From: a virus
DNA length: 64,000 nt
Virus record (IMG/VR): IMGVR_UViG_3300008113_000033
Coordinates: 8,943 to 72,942 of that record
Direction: 5' to 3' (one strand)
Position numbers and translations under genes: made by a program. Within the stretch, counting starts at the first letter, position 1; each line of letters opens with the position of its first letter. Under the pieces are notes generated by a model, which saw only the letters and a program-made list of their open reading frames with translations, did no database searches and was not told where the DNA came from. Below, in pieces: positions 22,701 through 32,908 of the stretch.

Positions 22701-25004
22701 GATTCTAACTTTTCAACTGCTAGTATAAATGAAGCTCCTTCATCTAATTTTTACAAACCGTGGATTCCATTAAATGAAAGACCAGCTTTCTCATATTCTC
22801 CAACATCATCTATTCAGATAGATATAGAAGAAGTATGTTTTACATCTGGATCAAACCCTTCAAGTTCATTATATGGATTTAACATATATTCACGAAGTAA
22901 TAATTTTTTACGTTCTTTTGGTACTGATGTTTACTTAACTACAAATATATATAAATCAGGAAGTGGATCACCTATAATTTATAATATAACAGCATCAGAT
23001 GCATCTCTTACAGTAAATTATACTTCAAGTTTATCTTACATAACATTTGGTGAAGGATATGAAAGTAGATGGTTTGTTCCTTACGATAATAGAATATCAG
23101 TAAATGATAATGTAACCTCAATATCAATATCATCACTATCTACAGGTAGTGCAGTTTGTAAAACAAACTATATTATTGGAAGTTTTACTAATTGTAATAA
23201 CCCAACTCCTACAGCAACTCCTACATCTACTCCAACTCAAACACCAACATCTACTCCTACAGCAACTCCTACATCTACTCCAACTCAAACACCAACATCT
23301 ACTCCAACATCTACCCCTACAGGTACAATTCCTGGAGCAACTCCCACTTCAACTCCAACCGCTACACCATTAGATCCAACACCAACTGCTACACCAACAG
23401 CTACTCCAACTGCTACTCCAACTGCTACTCCATTAGATCCAACACCAACTGCTACACCAACATCAACTCCTCAAGCTACAGCTACTGCTATGGCTACTCC
23501 AACTGCAACTCCAACTGCAACATTTTCACCAACCCCAACTGCTACTCCAACTTCAACTCCACAAGCCACAGCAACTAACACAGCTACACCAACTGCGACA
23601 CCAACTGCTACATTACCTCCATCTAGTGCATTAACTATGTGGGCTAGATTAGCTTCAGCAACTGATCCATTACAAGGATGGAGTACATCTTTTGAGGCAT
23701 GTGCTGATACTGGTACCGAGGTTACAGTATTTGTAGATTCTACTGGATATACTTCAATATTTGATGCTTATACTGATGGTAAGATTTTATATACTACTAA
23801 TGCTATTATAACACCATATGTTGGTGGAGGAACTTACTTTAAAGCAGTTGCAAATAATTCATTTGGTGATTACTTTACAATAGATAATTCAGGATTCATT
23901 ACTGTTTATAGTGCTTGTTCTGCTCCTCCTACAGCAACCGCGACTCCAACTGCTACACCAACTCAAACACCAACAGCAACACCAACTAATACTCCAACAT
24001 CTACCCCAGCTTCATCAACATATTATGAATTATCTTCATGTGTTGAGGTATTGTATAAATTTACTACTATTCCTCCTGATGGAATAAATCAAAGATATGT
24101 ATTACCATCAGAACCAGGAGTACATTACATATATAATGGTAATTCAGTATTCCAATACCCAGCTCCTCCAACATATGATAGTAGCTTCCAGAAAACATCA
24201 TTTTATAACTGTGCTGATCCTACCCCTACTGCAACACCAACATCAACACCAACAGCCACACCAACTCAAACTCCAACTGCTACTCCAACTGCAACACCAA
24301 CAGCTACACCTTTAGCTCCAACTCCAACAGCAACTCCAACAGCTACTCCAACTGCAACACCAACTCAAACTCCAACAGCAACTCCATTAATACCATCTCT
24401 TAATATAGATTCAGGATGCGCTGGATATACAGGAACTGGGTATATTAATTTAAGTGCAAGTGGTGGATCTGGAAATTATACATTCCATATCTCAAATACA
24501 CCTCCTCCAGGATATAATGGAGTACAAAATGCTTCTAACTTAGGAAATGGAACATATTATGTTGGTGTTTATGACAATGTATATGGTACTTCATCAGTGA
24601 CAACAAGATCTATTAGCTGTGCGGCCGCTCCAACACCAACTGCTACTCCAACTGCAACACCAACAGCTACACCTTTAGCTCCAACTCCAACAGCAACTCC
24701 AACAGCTACTCCAACTGCAACACCATTAGATCCAACACCAACAGCTACACCAACAGCTTTACCTCCAACACCAACAGCTACACCAACAGCAACTCCAACT
24801 GATATACCAGTAAATTGCCAGCAGTATACTTTAACTAATAGTGATTTAGAATATTCTGATTATTATGATTATACAGCATGTGATGGAACTGCAGTATCAG
24901 GTACTTTAGGAGCTGGAGGAGGAATGACTATATGTGCTAGAATTTCTACAGTATACGCAGGAGGTGCTATTATAATAGATGGCCCACAAGGAACATGTTC
25001 TTAA
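19770..25004 (+). CDS. 1744-aa multidomain virion protein with hydrophobic segment, Pro/Thr linkers and Cys modules
   Basis: Ala/Gly/Ser-rich hydrophobic block ending [17 protein letters not shown]; four TPT tracts separating small beta domains; SprB-like [25 protein letters not shown]. Confidence 0.75.
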   Translation: MPLSYSTTISYLSSDFSFANAKAINGTNKYNNKKKELVVTSGAATYGYVKLQVTLTGSNITYGAVTFSTSNGSPISIGQNLDDIFYPCSLGSPNGYEIPLQVGIPKTIYVIVNSNSKKTTKKINVVTAVGVNTAASVSIDIQYDCIVPLYEYSAGVHVYSPYDAANASKLTAKLYSKIQIGSGDSNPFPVNHKLWALPDFSHPAYPYYYLISGNNNVIKVGGPYDRTFGFKTYYKVTHSAWNNLWGKKPKIDVIEEGPQSYEGLTGFPSCINMMLTDIGKVKSWLHKSTYTKPTLYQFVTGYSPINSQPSNDDFFAKWVFSNNQFYPLTGRRHNMIRLASGYKKGFASDVAFSNNFEVSHLVAGGMALGAAAFAGVLLAKLLTSTVAASISAGAGTAAAAAIAAGSSSSPVVSTAVANIIANITSTLTAAGISSAGAVAGTAIIPVAISSIPYVTINNLVLYQAIGQINMSAGTSFFGAISDVATTTYVNMLAPANFLTSATAQTTTAASSAVSSGTQLTATSGTSASSGAAVAGAAAATVVLIVILIIIAIIIIIQLNEKIERWITEECKSFIFHYGQNPYIEIGDTLQYKTRFPSLSNPRDYYFPDDSFGLFTQTNNGYYCDGVYFYQQSGGVITTKTLSSADTLISEDPKIVTGFEDSLDVLNPTTILEVDKLHLLPYASGKPMQYTASVPIYFSDYHENIINIYPKGGLQTKIETKTMYVKASSSFSYTSSAAANSSSLDYLSSSLIPYVSSSQPTYYPLYPSGSTPPTPISITSSFFPLIPIIVTGSINVTSSLNAFFTHELKIENNPTPVSIFYDNTSSISASIGKKLYYDDYGYFGALDGYYSVSGSEVPGSSDYRVFFKTSKGVIDNIYRMPLSSSTTVTDQASSSYSLVTNYLDYSSNWYLINNDIDLLNTDYANIISYSSMGQMYPEYITSSSLYSSNDMHQLVSRRGFISGSMTGTGSCNNNFYLYDSNFSTASINEAPSSNFYKPWIPLNERPAFSYSPTSSIQIDIEEVCFTSGSNPSSSLYGFNIYSRSNNFLRSFGTDVYLTTNIYKSGSGSPIIYNITASDASLTVNYTSSLSYITFGEGYESRWFVPYDNRISVNDNVTSISISSLSTGSAVCKTNYIIGSFTNCNNPTPTATPTSTPTQTPTSTPTATPTSTPTQTPTSTPTSTPTGTIPGATPTSTPTATPLDPTPTATPTATPTATPTATPLDPTPTATPTSTPQATATAMATPTATPTATFSPTPTATPTSTPQATATNTATPTATPTATLPPSSALTMWARLASATDPLQGWSTSFEACADTGTEVTVFVDSTGYTSIFDAYTDGKILYTTNAIITPYVGGGTYFKAVANNSFGDYFTIDNSGFITVYSACSAPPTATATPTATPTQTPTATPTNTPTSTPASSTYYELSSCVEVLYKFTTIPPDGINQRYVLPSEPGVHYIYNGNSVFQYPAPPTYDSSFQKTSFYNCADPTPTATPTSTPTATPTQTPTATPTATPTATPLAPTPTATPTATPTATPTQTPTATPLIPSLNIDSGCAGYTGTGYINLSASGGSGNYTFHISNTPPPGYNGVQNASNLGNGTYYVGVYDNVYGTSSVTTRSISCAAAPTPTATPTATPTATPLAPTPTATPTATPTATPLDPTPTATPTALPPTPTATPTATPTDIPVNCQQYTLTNSDLEYSDYYDYTACDGTAVSGTLGAGGGMTICARISTVYAGGAIIIDGPQGTCS

Positions 25005-25017
25005 TATTTATTAACAT

Positions 25018-25332
25018 ATGCCAGCAATTGTAAATACAAATACATTTAAATTAAGTTTCACTAATGAACATACAGTGTATGAAAATTACATTACTGCTCA
25101 AATTAAAGAAAACGAATTTAATTTAACATATAATCCATCTATACGAATAACCGGATCCAATGCATATTCACAAATTAAGAATTTTGCAACTGGATCCGAT
25201 TTCCATCCTTATGCTTCAACACTTGGATTATATAATGATGATAATGAATTATTAATGGTTGCAAAATTTGGTCAACCTGTTCCTATTTCAACAGAAACAG
25301 ACATGACATTCCTAATACGTTATGACTCCTAA
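25018..25332 (+). CDS. small baseplate/structural domain protein
   Basis: ENEFNLTYNPS..PYASTLGLYNDDNELLMVAKFGQP..IRYD, paralogous to the C-terminus of 15409-16401; own ATATTTAT at 25004-25011. Confidence 0.75.
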   Translation: MPAIVNTNTFKLSFTNEHTVYENYITAQIKENEFNLTYNPSIRITGSNAYSQIKNFATGSDFHPYASTLGLYNDDNELLMVAKFGQPVPISTETDMTFLIRYDS

Positions 25333-25768
25333 CTGGTTATTATTTAAAAAACAAATTGAATCTATAGATCAATTTCCTGAAAGTACGTTTGGTTTTATTT
25401 ATAAAATCACTCATATTGACACTAATAAAGTTTATATTGGTAAAAAATCATTATACCATAATAAAAAACATAAACTAACTAAAAAACAACTCGCAGAACA
25501 ACCCATTACTCGAGGCAGAAAATCAACTCACGAAGTAATTCAGAGTGAGTCTGATTGGAAAACTTACTATGGTTCATCTAAAGAATTAATAGCAGATATC
25601 AAACAATTTGGAAAAGAAAAATTTCGTCGTGAAATTATATATATTGCTAAATCAAAAAAACATTTGACATATCTTGAATTAAAGGCACAATTCGAATACG
25701 ATGTGTTAGAAATTAATTCATACAACGATAATATATTAGGTAAATTCTTCCGTAAGGATTTGATATAA
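25322..25768 (+). CDS. GIY-YIG endonuclease (Seg-like)
   Basis: GFIYKIT..TNKVYIGKK, DWKTYYGSS, F.REI, conserved E and YN.NI. Confidence 0.85.
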   Translation: MTPNWLLFKKQIESIDQFPESTFGFIYKITHIDTNKVYIGKKSLYHNKKHKLTKKQLAEQPITRGRKSTHEVIQSESDWKTYYGSSKELIADIKQFGKEKFRREIIYIAKSKKHLTYLELKAQFEYDVLEINSYNDNILGKFFRKDLI

Positions 25769-25789
25769 TTTATTTCCTAATTATTGTTA
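25759..25789 (+). promoter_or_regulatory. promoter-like motif upstream of primase
   Basis: TTTG-atataattta-TTTCC-taat-TATTGTTA, same spacing as the motifs at 1291 and 364 (minus). Confidence 0.45.
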
Positions 25790-25793
25790 TAGT

Positions 25794-26735
25794 ATGGAAA
25801 ATCTAGTTTTGATAAACTTATTGGAAAATGTGTTAGGTAAATCTAAACCTACATCACGAGGCAATCATTCATTTCACTGCCCATTCTGTAACCACCATAA
25901 GCCAAAATTAGAAATTAATGTAGTTACCAACGAAAAGAAAGAAAATCCTTGGCATTGTTGGGTTTGTAATACTAAAGGTAAATCAATTCATTCATTATTT
26001 AAAGCAATGAAAGTCGATCGTTCTAAAGTAGAACAACTAGATGTTATTATTGTACCTGGTAAACGCCAAGAAATAGTTTATAATCAAATAGCACTACCTA
26101 AAGAATTTAAATCGTTGATTGATGTAACTCCATTATCTAAAATGGATCAAATATATGCTAAACAAGCATTACATTTTCTTCATAAACGAGATATTATAGA
26201 CAATCATATTAAAAAATATAATATTGGGTTTTGTACAGATGGTGAATATAATGGACGAGTTATCATACCATCGTATGATTCAGAAGGACAATTAAATTAT
26301 TTTATTGCCCGCTCGTTTGATCAAGACTCACCTCGTAAATACAAAAACCCATCAGTACAGAATAAAAATATAATTGGATTAGAATATTTTGTAAATTGGG
26401 ATGCACCAGTAGTATTAGTTGAAGGTATGTTCGATGCTTTAACAATACAACGAAATGTTATTCCATTATTTGGTAAAGTACTCTCTGAAGCGCTAATGAA
26501 ACGATTAGTAACATCAGATGTAGAAAAAGTATACGTTGCTTTAGATAAAGACGCACAACGTGAAGCATTACAACACTGTCAAACATTAATGAACTACGGT
26601 AAAGAAGTTTATTTAGTAGAAATGGATGGTAAAGATGCAAATGAAATCGGATTTAAGAATTTCTTAAATATAATTGAAAACACATACCCACTAACATTTG
26701 AAAAAATAATGGGTATAAAACTAAAAATCTCATGA
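25794..26735 (+). CDS. DNA primase (DnaG-type, Zn finger + TOPRIM)
   Basis: CPFC...WHCWVC zinc finger; GRVIIP; TOPRIM VEGMFDA and ALDKDA; KDANE. Confidence 0.93.
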   Translation: MENLVLINLLENVLGKSKPTSRGNHSFHCPFCNHHKPKLEINVVTNEKKENPWHCWVCNTKGKSIHSLFKAMKVDRSKVEQLDVIIVPGKRQEIVYNQIALPKEFKSLIDVTPLSKMDQIYAKQALHFLHKRDIIDNHIKKYNIGFCTDGEYNGRVIIPSYDSEGQLNYFIARSFDQDSPRKYKNPSVQNKNIIGLEYFVNWDAPVVLVEGMFDALTIQRNVIPLFGKVLSEALMKRLVTSDVEKVYVALDKDAQREALQHCQTLMNYGKEVYLVEMDGKDANEIGFKNFLNIIENTYPLTFEKIMGIKLKIS

Positions 26736-27523
26736 TTGAGCAAAACTCAAATGTAATCAAAGATCCAAACATTAAACGGATTGTTGAATACACCGAAAAT
26801 TCAAAACAAGTAAATATTTTAGATAGTCGTTTCTACAGGCGTAGTGATAAGTACTACCCATCTGTTACATCAATATTAAATTTCTTCCCAAAGAATAATT
26901 TTTTCCATTCATGGTTAAAAGATGTTGGTCATAATTCCGATATTATAATGCGTAAAGCAGCTAATGAAGGAACACAAGTACACAACGCAATTGAAGATTT
27001 CTTAGGTGGGAATGAAATTACTTGGATTGATGAGTATGGTAATGCTAAATATCAATTAGATGTTTGGAAAATGATTTTACGATTTGCTGATTTCTGGAAT
27101 CAAGTAAAACCAGAATTAGTATCTAAAGAATATCATTTATTTTCTGACCAATATGAGTATGCTGGTACAGCCGATTTAATTGTGAGAATCAACGGGGAAC
27201 TTTGGTTATTAGACATTAAAACATCAAATTCACTACATACATCATATGACTTACAACTTGCAGCTTACGCGCAGGCTTGGAATGAAACTCATACTGAAGC
27301 AGTTACACGTACTGGTATTATTTGGTTAAAAGCTAAAACACATAAGGAAGGTAAAGAAGGTCAGATACAGGGTAAAGGATGGCAAGTTAAAATTGTAGAC
27401 GATATTGAAAAGAATTTTACTATGTTTACTAAAATACAAGACATATATAAACTTGAAAACCCAAATGCTTCTCCATATACTGAAACATTACCTACATCAG
27501 TTAAGCTAGAGACAGAAAATTAA
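26732..27523 (+). CDS. PD-(D/E)XK exonuclease
   Basis: YPSVTSIL, GTQVHNAIE, YAGTADL, LDIKTS and QLAAY motifs. Confidence 0.88.
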   Translation: MIEQNSNVIKDPNIKRIVEYTENSKQVNILDSRFYRRSDKYYPSVTSILNFFPKNNFFHSWLKDVGHNSDIIMRKAANEGTQVHNAIEDFLGGNEITWIDEYGNAKYQLDVWKMILRFADFWNQVKPELVSKEYHLFSDQYEYAGTADLIVRINGELWLLDIKTSNSLHTSYDLQLAAYAQAWNETHTEAVTRTGIIWLKAKTHKEGKEGQIQGKGWQVKIVDDIEKNFTMFTKIQDIYKLENPNASPYTETLPTSVKLETEN

Positions 27524-27556
27524 TATTTATAAGTATATTATACTGTATATTAATTA

Positions 27557-28432
27557 ATGAAGATAGCAATTTATCCAGGCGCGTTTAAACCACCTCATAA
27601 AGGTCATTTCCAAGTAGTTAAACTATTAGTTGATAGAGATGATATTTCTGAGGTGGTAGTTGCCGTTTCATCTAAAGAACGTGGTGGTGTATCAGTAGAA
27701 CAATCATTAAAGATTTGGGAATTGTATACTAATATATTAGGTCCTAAAGTTAAAGTTATATCTATTGAAGGTTCTCCTGTATATTATACATTATCATCGA
27801 TTAAAAACAACCCAGATCAAGATTTTGTAGTTGTATTCGGTAAAGAAGAAAGTTCACGTTTTGCTTCATTAGCTGATAATCCTAAAGTAGAAGTATTTGA
27901 TGCTGGTAATTTTGAAAATATATCAGCAACTGACTTTAGAGATGCTATTCAAGCACGTAATGTAAAGCAAATAGCTAATTTTTTACCTGCTGGTATTACA
28001 ACACATAAATTCTTTGATGTATATGGTAGTGTTTATAATAACAATGAAGAACCAATGAATGAATCTTTATATGAGAATCAATTCCCATTATTGAAAGAAT
28101 TTGTTGGGTACTGCAAAGAATATTTAAAATTAAAATCATTACCTCCATTAAAAATGTCTTATGATCCTACAACAGCAGAATCAAGACGTTCATTTGGTGG
28201 ATACGATCCAAATAATAAAAGTATTGAATTGAGTGTAGCTAATCGTCATCAAGCTGATGTTTTTAGAACATTAGCACATGAATTAGTTCATTATAAGCAA
28301 GACATACAAAATAGATTAACACCCGAATCTGGCAAAACAGGTCACCCACATGAAAATGAGGCTAATACTGCTGCCGCTATAATGATGAGAAACTTCGCTC
28401 AAATGCGACCTGAAATGTTTATAGTAAAATGA
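27557..28432 (+). CDS. cytidylyltransferase-like (HxGH) nucleotidyltransferase fused to a HExxH metallopeptidase-like domain
   Basis: YPGAFKPPHKGH and ISATDFR in the N-half; RTLAHELVHYKQ..ENEAN in the C-half; linker MNESLYE. Confidence 0.8.
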   Translation: MKIAIYPGAFKPPHKGHFQVVKLLVDRDDISEVVVAVSSKERGGVSVEQSLKIWELYTNILGPKVKVISIEGSPVYYTLSSIKNNPDQDFVVVFGKEESSRFASLADNPKVEVFDAGNFENISATDFRDAIQARNVKQIANFLPAGITTHKFFDVYGSVYNNNEEPMNESLYENQFPLLKEFVGYCKEYLKLKSLPPLKMSYDPTTAESRRSFGGYDPNNKSIELSVANRHQADVFRTLAHELVHYKQDIQNRLTPESGKTGHPHENEANTAAAIMMRNFAQMRPEMFIVK

Positions 28433-29664
28433 TAAAATTATTTGACATACTACAAGAAATAACTGGAAAACCTAAAGCAATATTTTTAGCTGGTCCTGCT
28501 GGATCAGGTAAAACATATACTTTAAAACAATTACTTCCAGTTGAAAAATATCAAGTAATAAATGTAGATGATACATACGAGGAATTACTTAAATCGTCTG
28601 GTTTAGGTACTAATTTAAAAGATTTCGGTCCTGAAGAATTATCTCAAGCAGCTAAATTAATGGGGCGTGCTCAAGGAGCAACTAAAGAGAAATATGCTAA
28701 AGCACTTGAAGGATTAAATAACGTTATTATTGATGGTACTGGTGCTGCATCTAAACCATTATTTAAAAAGAAAGCAGAATTAGAAGCATTAGGATACGAA
28801 ACAATGATGTTAATGTTGTATGTTTCACCTATGACATCTTTAAAGCGTAATGCTGAACGCGAACGTTCATTATTACCCCAAATCGTATTGCGTACTTGGA
28901 GAGATACAAATAAAAATATAGATCTATATCGTCAAGAATTTGGTGATCGTTTTATTTTAATTAATAACGATCCTGAAGATGCTAATAAAACATTTAATCC
29001 TGCTGAAGTTAAAAAATTATATTTTGACACAGCTAAATTCTCAGGCAAGCCTAAAACACCAGAAGAACAAGCTAAAGTAAAGGCAGATGCTGAACAATTA
29101 AACCAAGATATAATTTCATTAGTTAAACAAATACCCCAAACAGATACACTAGATTCAGCTAAATCTAAAATTGCTATGTTGGCTGAAGTGCAACAACAAT
29201 ATAAATTATATTGTGATATGGATGGTGTATTAGTTGATTTTGAACGTGGATATAATGATTTAACAGGTAAACAAACACCTGGTGTTGATTCAACATATGA
29301 TAAAGATGATTTTTGGTCTGCAATCACTAAAGCGGGTGTCAAATTTTGGGCTAATTTAAATTGGATGTCTGATGGACATCAATTATGGGATTATATCAAC
29401 CAATACAATCCTAAATTATTAACTGCACCATCACGTGAAAAATCATCAGAAATAGGTAAACAAGAATGGGTAAATAATAACCTACCAGGTACACCTGTTG
29501 TATTTAAACAAGCAAAAGATAAAAAAGATTTAGCAGAACCAAATGCTATATTAATCGATGATAGAAAAGATAATATCCAACAATGGATAGATGCAGGTGG
29601 AATTGGTATTCGTCATATATCTACAGAATCAACAATAAAACAATTACAAAAATTAGGGTTATAA
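28429..29664 (+). CDS. zeta-toxin-like P-loop kinase fused to an NT5C-like HAD 5'(3')-deoxyribonucleotidase
   Basis: GPAGSGKT, INVDD, IIDGTG and RNAERER; then YCDMDGVLVDF, LTAP and ILIDD..NI.QW...GGIGI. Confidence 0.82.
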   Translation: MIKLFDILQEITGKPKAIFLAGPAGSGKTYTLKQLLPVEKYQVINVDDTYEELLKSSGLGTNLKDFGPEELSQAAKLMGRAQGATKEKYAKALEGLNNVIIDGTGAASKPLFKKKAELEALGYETMMLMLYVSPMTSLKRNAERERSLLPQIVLRTWRDTNKNIDLYRQEFGDRFILINNDPEDANKTFNPAEVKKLYFDTAKFSGKPKTPEEQAKVKADAEQLNQDIISLVKQIPQTDTLDSAKSKIAMLAEVQQQYKLYCDMDGVLVDFERGYNDLTGKQTPGVDSTYDKDDFWSAITKAGVKFWANLNWMSDGHQLWDYINQYNPKLLTAPSREKSSEIGKQEWVNNNLPGTPVVFKQAKDKKDLAEPNAILIDDRKDNIQQWIDAGGIGIRHISTESTIKQLQKLGL

Positions 29665-29665
29665 T

Positions 29666-30253
29666 ATGTCAAAAGAAACATTATTAAAAAAAGAATTTCA
29701 AAAACGAGACGTACAACGTATTCGTAATTTACTATCAGGTAAGCAAGGTGACGCTACTCAAACACAAGTAGGATATACTACTAAACATATTGACCGAAAT
29801 GAAGGAGATATTTGGGAAGAATTTGGTAGAAAATGGACTGTAAAGAACGGTATTAAAATGAGTGTTACTAAATTAGATAGAGCTAAAAAAGCTGTATTTG
29901 CACCTTTATTATGTCCAAGTTGTTCTAAACCAATGAAAACTAAATATGATAAAAAAATGTTTTTTATTCATAGTCAATGTTTTGATTGTGTAATTAAAAT
30001 GGAATCACAACTTAAAATAGAAGGTAAATATCAAGAATACGAAGATAAAATCATTAAAGCTAATGCTAATTTTGCATTAGATGAATTCGTAAATGGATTT
30101 GATTCATTTTTAGATTCGATGGATTCAAATAATGGATTTGTAACTGAACAAGGCGATATTGAAGATTGGCATGTAAAAGCTTTAGATAAACAGAAAATAC
30201 GCGAACAAGTAATGAAAGACGTAGAAGAATCACGTGCTAGATTAAATAGTTAA
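29666..30253 (+). CDS. hypothetical protein with Zn-finger-like motifs
   Basis: CPSC and CFDC motifs; EGDIWEE.GRKWT.KNG. Confidence 0.75.
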   Translation: MSKETLLKKEFQKRDVQRIRNLLSGKQGDATQTQVGYTTKHIDRNEGDIWEEFGRKWTVKNGIKMSVTKLDRAKKAVFAPLLCPSCSKPMKTKYDKKMFFIHSQCFDCVIKMESQLKIEGKYQEYEDKIIKANANFALDEFVNGFDSFLDSMDSNNGFVTEQGDIEDWHVKALDKQKIREQVMKDVEESRARLNS

Positions 30254-30291
30254 TATTTATGGTCATAACATTTTTATCTCTTCTTAATAAA

Positions 30292-30462
30292 ATGCATCAA
30301 TCAAATGAGCTAAATGCTGCCGGGGTAGCAACAACGTGTATAGCATTATTTAATAGCTTTTTTTCTATGTTAAATCCTGTACTTACTGGTCTATTTTATA
30401 TCCTATCTATTGGGTGGTTAGGAGTACAGATATATTATAAAATTAAACGTAACGGAAAATGA
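30292..30462 (+). CDS. small membrane protein (holin-like)
   Basis: Two hydrophobic segments and a basic C-terminus; start moved to ATG 30292 because ATATTTAT overlaps the ORF-track start at 30259. Confidence 0.55.
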   Translation: MHQSNELNAAGVATTCIALFNSFFSMLNPVLTGLFYILSIGWLGVQIYYKIKRNGK

Positions 30463-30854
30463 AAAAATCTGAACTTAGAGAACTTATTGCTTTAGAAATA
30501 AAAAAAGCTAAAAAAGATTATGATGGAGATGGTAACATAGAATCTTCCCAAGATGAATATATGGGTTCTCGTGATAAAGCAATCAAAAAGGCAATGTCTA
30601 ATGAAGATTTAGATGTAGGCCATCAAGATGATGAACCAGGAATGCTTAAAAATGATTTAGCTAGAGCTGCTAAAATGGCAGCTATGTTATATAAAAAAGT
30701 AGATGCTTACGATAAGATAGGTGGTGAAGTAGATTTTCCACAATGGTGGCAAGAAAAAATAATCAAAGCAAAGGGTTATTTACAAAGTGCATTTGATTAT
30801 TTAGATGGAGAAGAAATGGTAGCCCAAATAGATAATATGAATCAACCTAAATAA
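30459..30854 (+). CDS. putative internal head protein
   Basis: [13 protein letters not shown] leader; DYDGDG EF-hand-like loop; FPQWWQEKI domain. Confidence 0.65.
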   Translation: MKKSELRELIALEIKKAKKDYDGDGNIESSQDEYMGSRDKAIKKAMSNEDLDVGHQDDEPGMLKNDLARAAKMAAMLYKKVDAYDKIGGEVDFPQWWQEKIIKAKGYLQSAFDYLDGEEMVAQIDNMNQPK

Positions 30855-31111
30855 TGATTAAATTAGTTAATATATTAAGTGAAGTATCAGAGGTATCACC
30901 TCCATACATGTATTCTCCAGTAGGATTTGGATGTCATGTATGTAAATTCTATTATAAACAAGATGATAAACATATGTGTGCAAGCACAGATTATCAAGAA
31001 TATATGGGTACTTCTGAATTAGTTGATAATGATGGAAATCAAATAAAAGATCCTTCTAAATGGTGCTCTAATTGGTTCTTACCAAAACAAGAAGAAAATG
31101 GATCAGAATAA
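30854..31111 (+). CDS. small Cys-rich protein with [10 protein letters not shown] leader
   Basis: CHVC..C..WCSNW. Confidence 0.7.
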   Translation: MIKLVNILSEVSEVSPPYMYSPVGFGCHVCKFYYKQDDKHMCASTDYQEYMGTSELVDNDGNQIKDPSKWCSNWFLPKQEENGSE

Positions 31112-32648
31112 AATAAAATCTATAGTTGAAAGTGTTATAATGGAAAAAAAGCTTTGTCCTAAGGGTAAAGCTTATTATAATCGTCGTATAGCTGCGGGTG
31201 AAGTACCATCTGCTTATTTATCAGGCCGTGCAGTTAAAGTGTGTAAAGGATTAATGGAAGGAGATGAAGAAACAGTTGAATGTGAAAACTGTGGTTGGGA
31301 ATGGAATTTAGAAGACGGCGGTAAAGAACCATTTCTTTGTCATAAATGCGGACATGATAATACTGAAAAATATGATATGAACGAATCGCTACGTGATTGG
31401 TTTAAAAAGGAAGATTGGGTTCGTATCGATACACAAGGTAATATAACTGGTCCTTGTGGTACAATGAAAAAAGGACAAGCAACAACTCGTTGTTTACCTC
31501 GTGCTAAAGCAAATTCATTAACAAAAGCTGAACGTGCTGCTACTGCTCGTAAAAAAGCAGCTGCTGATCGTAAAGGCGATCGCGTTGTTCCAAATACAGA
31601 TAAAGCTAAAGTACGTTTAGAAAGTAAATCTCCACTATTATGGATTCCTATTTTACAAGCCGAAAACGAGGAAATAGAACGTACAGCAGATGAATTAGGT
31701 CTACCATATGATGTAGTATATAATTCATTCGCAAGTGGTAAAGAAGTCACATTAACTGATGAAATGTGGAGTCGTTTAGAAAACACTGACTCATACGATA
31801 TAAATTCTGAGGAAGAAGCGATTGAATTGGCGCAATATTACGGTAAAGATATTCAAAGCATATTAGCCGCTGAAAAAACACCTCCCGCGTTGATTCTCCA
31901 ATATTCTCCAAATAAATATTATTTAGTAGGTGGTAATACTCGTTTAATGGTTGCTAGAGCAAAAGGTATAAACCCACAAGTAATTTTAGCTACAATTGAA
32001 CCTTCAAACAAATATGCATACCAAGATGTAAATGATATTGGAGCAGATTTAAATGAAGATTGTGGATGTGATGGTCCTAAATTAATATTAAAAGAAATTA
32101 AAAATTTACCTGTATTATCTGAAGGATTAAAACACCATATCAAAGAAGGATTACCATTAATTCATAATATCTACAGACCATTATCTAAAAAATATTTTGA
32201 ATTATTCCGTGAAGCACGTGAATTATATAATAATGGATTAATTTCAGTATCTGAAGACGATATTGAATTATTAGAATCAAATATTGGTGAGATTGATATC
32301 TACGAAGGTGTAAATGTACCCTTAGATTATCCAATATCTGAAGAAGAATTATTAGCTGAAGCAGTAAAAGCAGGTAAGAAAGTAGCAATTGGAAAACCAA
32401 AACGTGGTGGATCTAAAAAATTCTATGTTTATGTCCGTAAACCAGGTGGTGGAGTTAAAAAAGTATCATTTGGTGATACAACTGGATTACGTGCTAAGTT
32501 GAATAATCCACAAGCACGTCGTGCATTTGCTGCTCGTCATGATTGCAAAAATAAAAAAGATAGAACTAAAGCATCTTATTGGTCATGTCGTTTACCTCGA
32601 TATGCTAAATTATTAGGATTTAAAACAACATTTAGTGGATTTTGGTAA
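31098..32648 (+). CDS. multidomain protein (basic Cys modules, Zn ribbon, ParB-like domain)
   Basis: LCPKGKAY..PSAY; CENC..CHKC; LRDWFK.E.WV..PCG..RCLP; YYLVGGNTRL (ParB-like); KKFYVYV..VSFGD..RRAFAARH.C..YWSCR. Confidence 0.75.
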   Translation: MDQNKIKSIVESVIMEKKLCPKGKAYYNRRIAAGEVPSAYLSGRAVKVCKGLMEGDEETVECENCGWEWNLEDGGKEPFLCHKCGHDNTEKYDMNESLRDWFKKEDWVRIDTQGNITGPCGTMKKGQATTRCLPRAKANSLTKAERAATARKKAAADRKGDRVVPNTDKAKVRLESKSPLLWIPILQAENEEIERTADELGLPYDVVYNSFASGKEVTLTDEMWSRLENTDSYDINSEEEAIELAQYYGKDIQSILAAEKTPPALILQYSPNKYYLVGGNTRLMVARAKGINPQVILATIEPSNKYAYQDVNDIGADLNEDCGCDGPKLILKEIKNLPVLSEGLKHHIKEGLPLIHNIYRPLSKKYFELFREARELYNNGLISVSEDDIELLESNIGEIDIYEGVNVPLDYPISEEELLAEAVKAGKKVAIGKPKRGGSKKFYVYVRKPGGGVKKVSFGDTTGLRAKLNNPQARRAFAARHDCKNKKDRTKASYWSCRLPRYAKLLGFKTTFSGFW

Positions 32649-32904
32649 ACCATATACTGATTTAGAAATAACCGAAGAATATACTATTCGTGAGTTCGAT
32701 GAGAATGTAGATCCCATCGAACTCCTTTGGCATCGCGATGATGAACATAGAACATTATATCTTCAGGGAGAAACTGATTGGAAAATTCAATTAGAGGATG
32801 AACTTCCTACTACGTTTAATCCTCCAATATTTATACCCAAACACAAATACCATCGTTTAATTAAAGGAACAGGTAAGTTACGACTAAAAATTTGTAAATT
32901 TTAA
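32635..32904 (+). CDS. small cupin-like protein
   Basis: WHRDDEHR...IFIPKHKYHRLIKG; GTG start. Confidence 0.65.
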   Translation: MDFGKPYTDLEITEEYTIREFDENVDPIELLWHRDDEHRTLYLQGETDWKIQLEDELPTTFNPPIFIPKHKYHRLIKGTGKLRLKICKF

Positions 32905-32908
32905 TGTT

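Noticed and set aside
17333-24800. CRISPR-like array
   Set aside because: The repeats are degenerate 12-nt in-frame coding units with no conserved repeat and unique spacer pattern, and no cas genes are present
28429-29180. Zeta/epsilon toxin-antitoxin system
   Set aside because: Only the kinase fold is recognisable; no antitoxin is evident and the domain is fused to a nucleotidase
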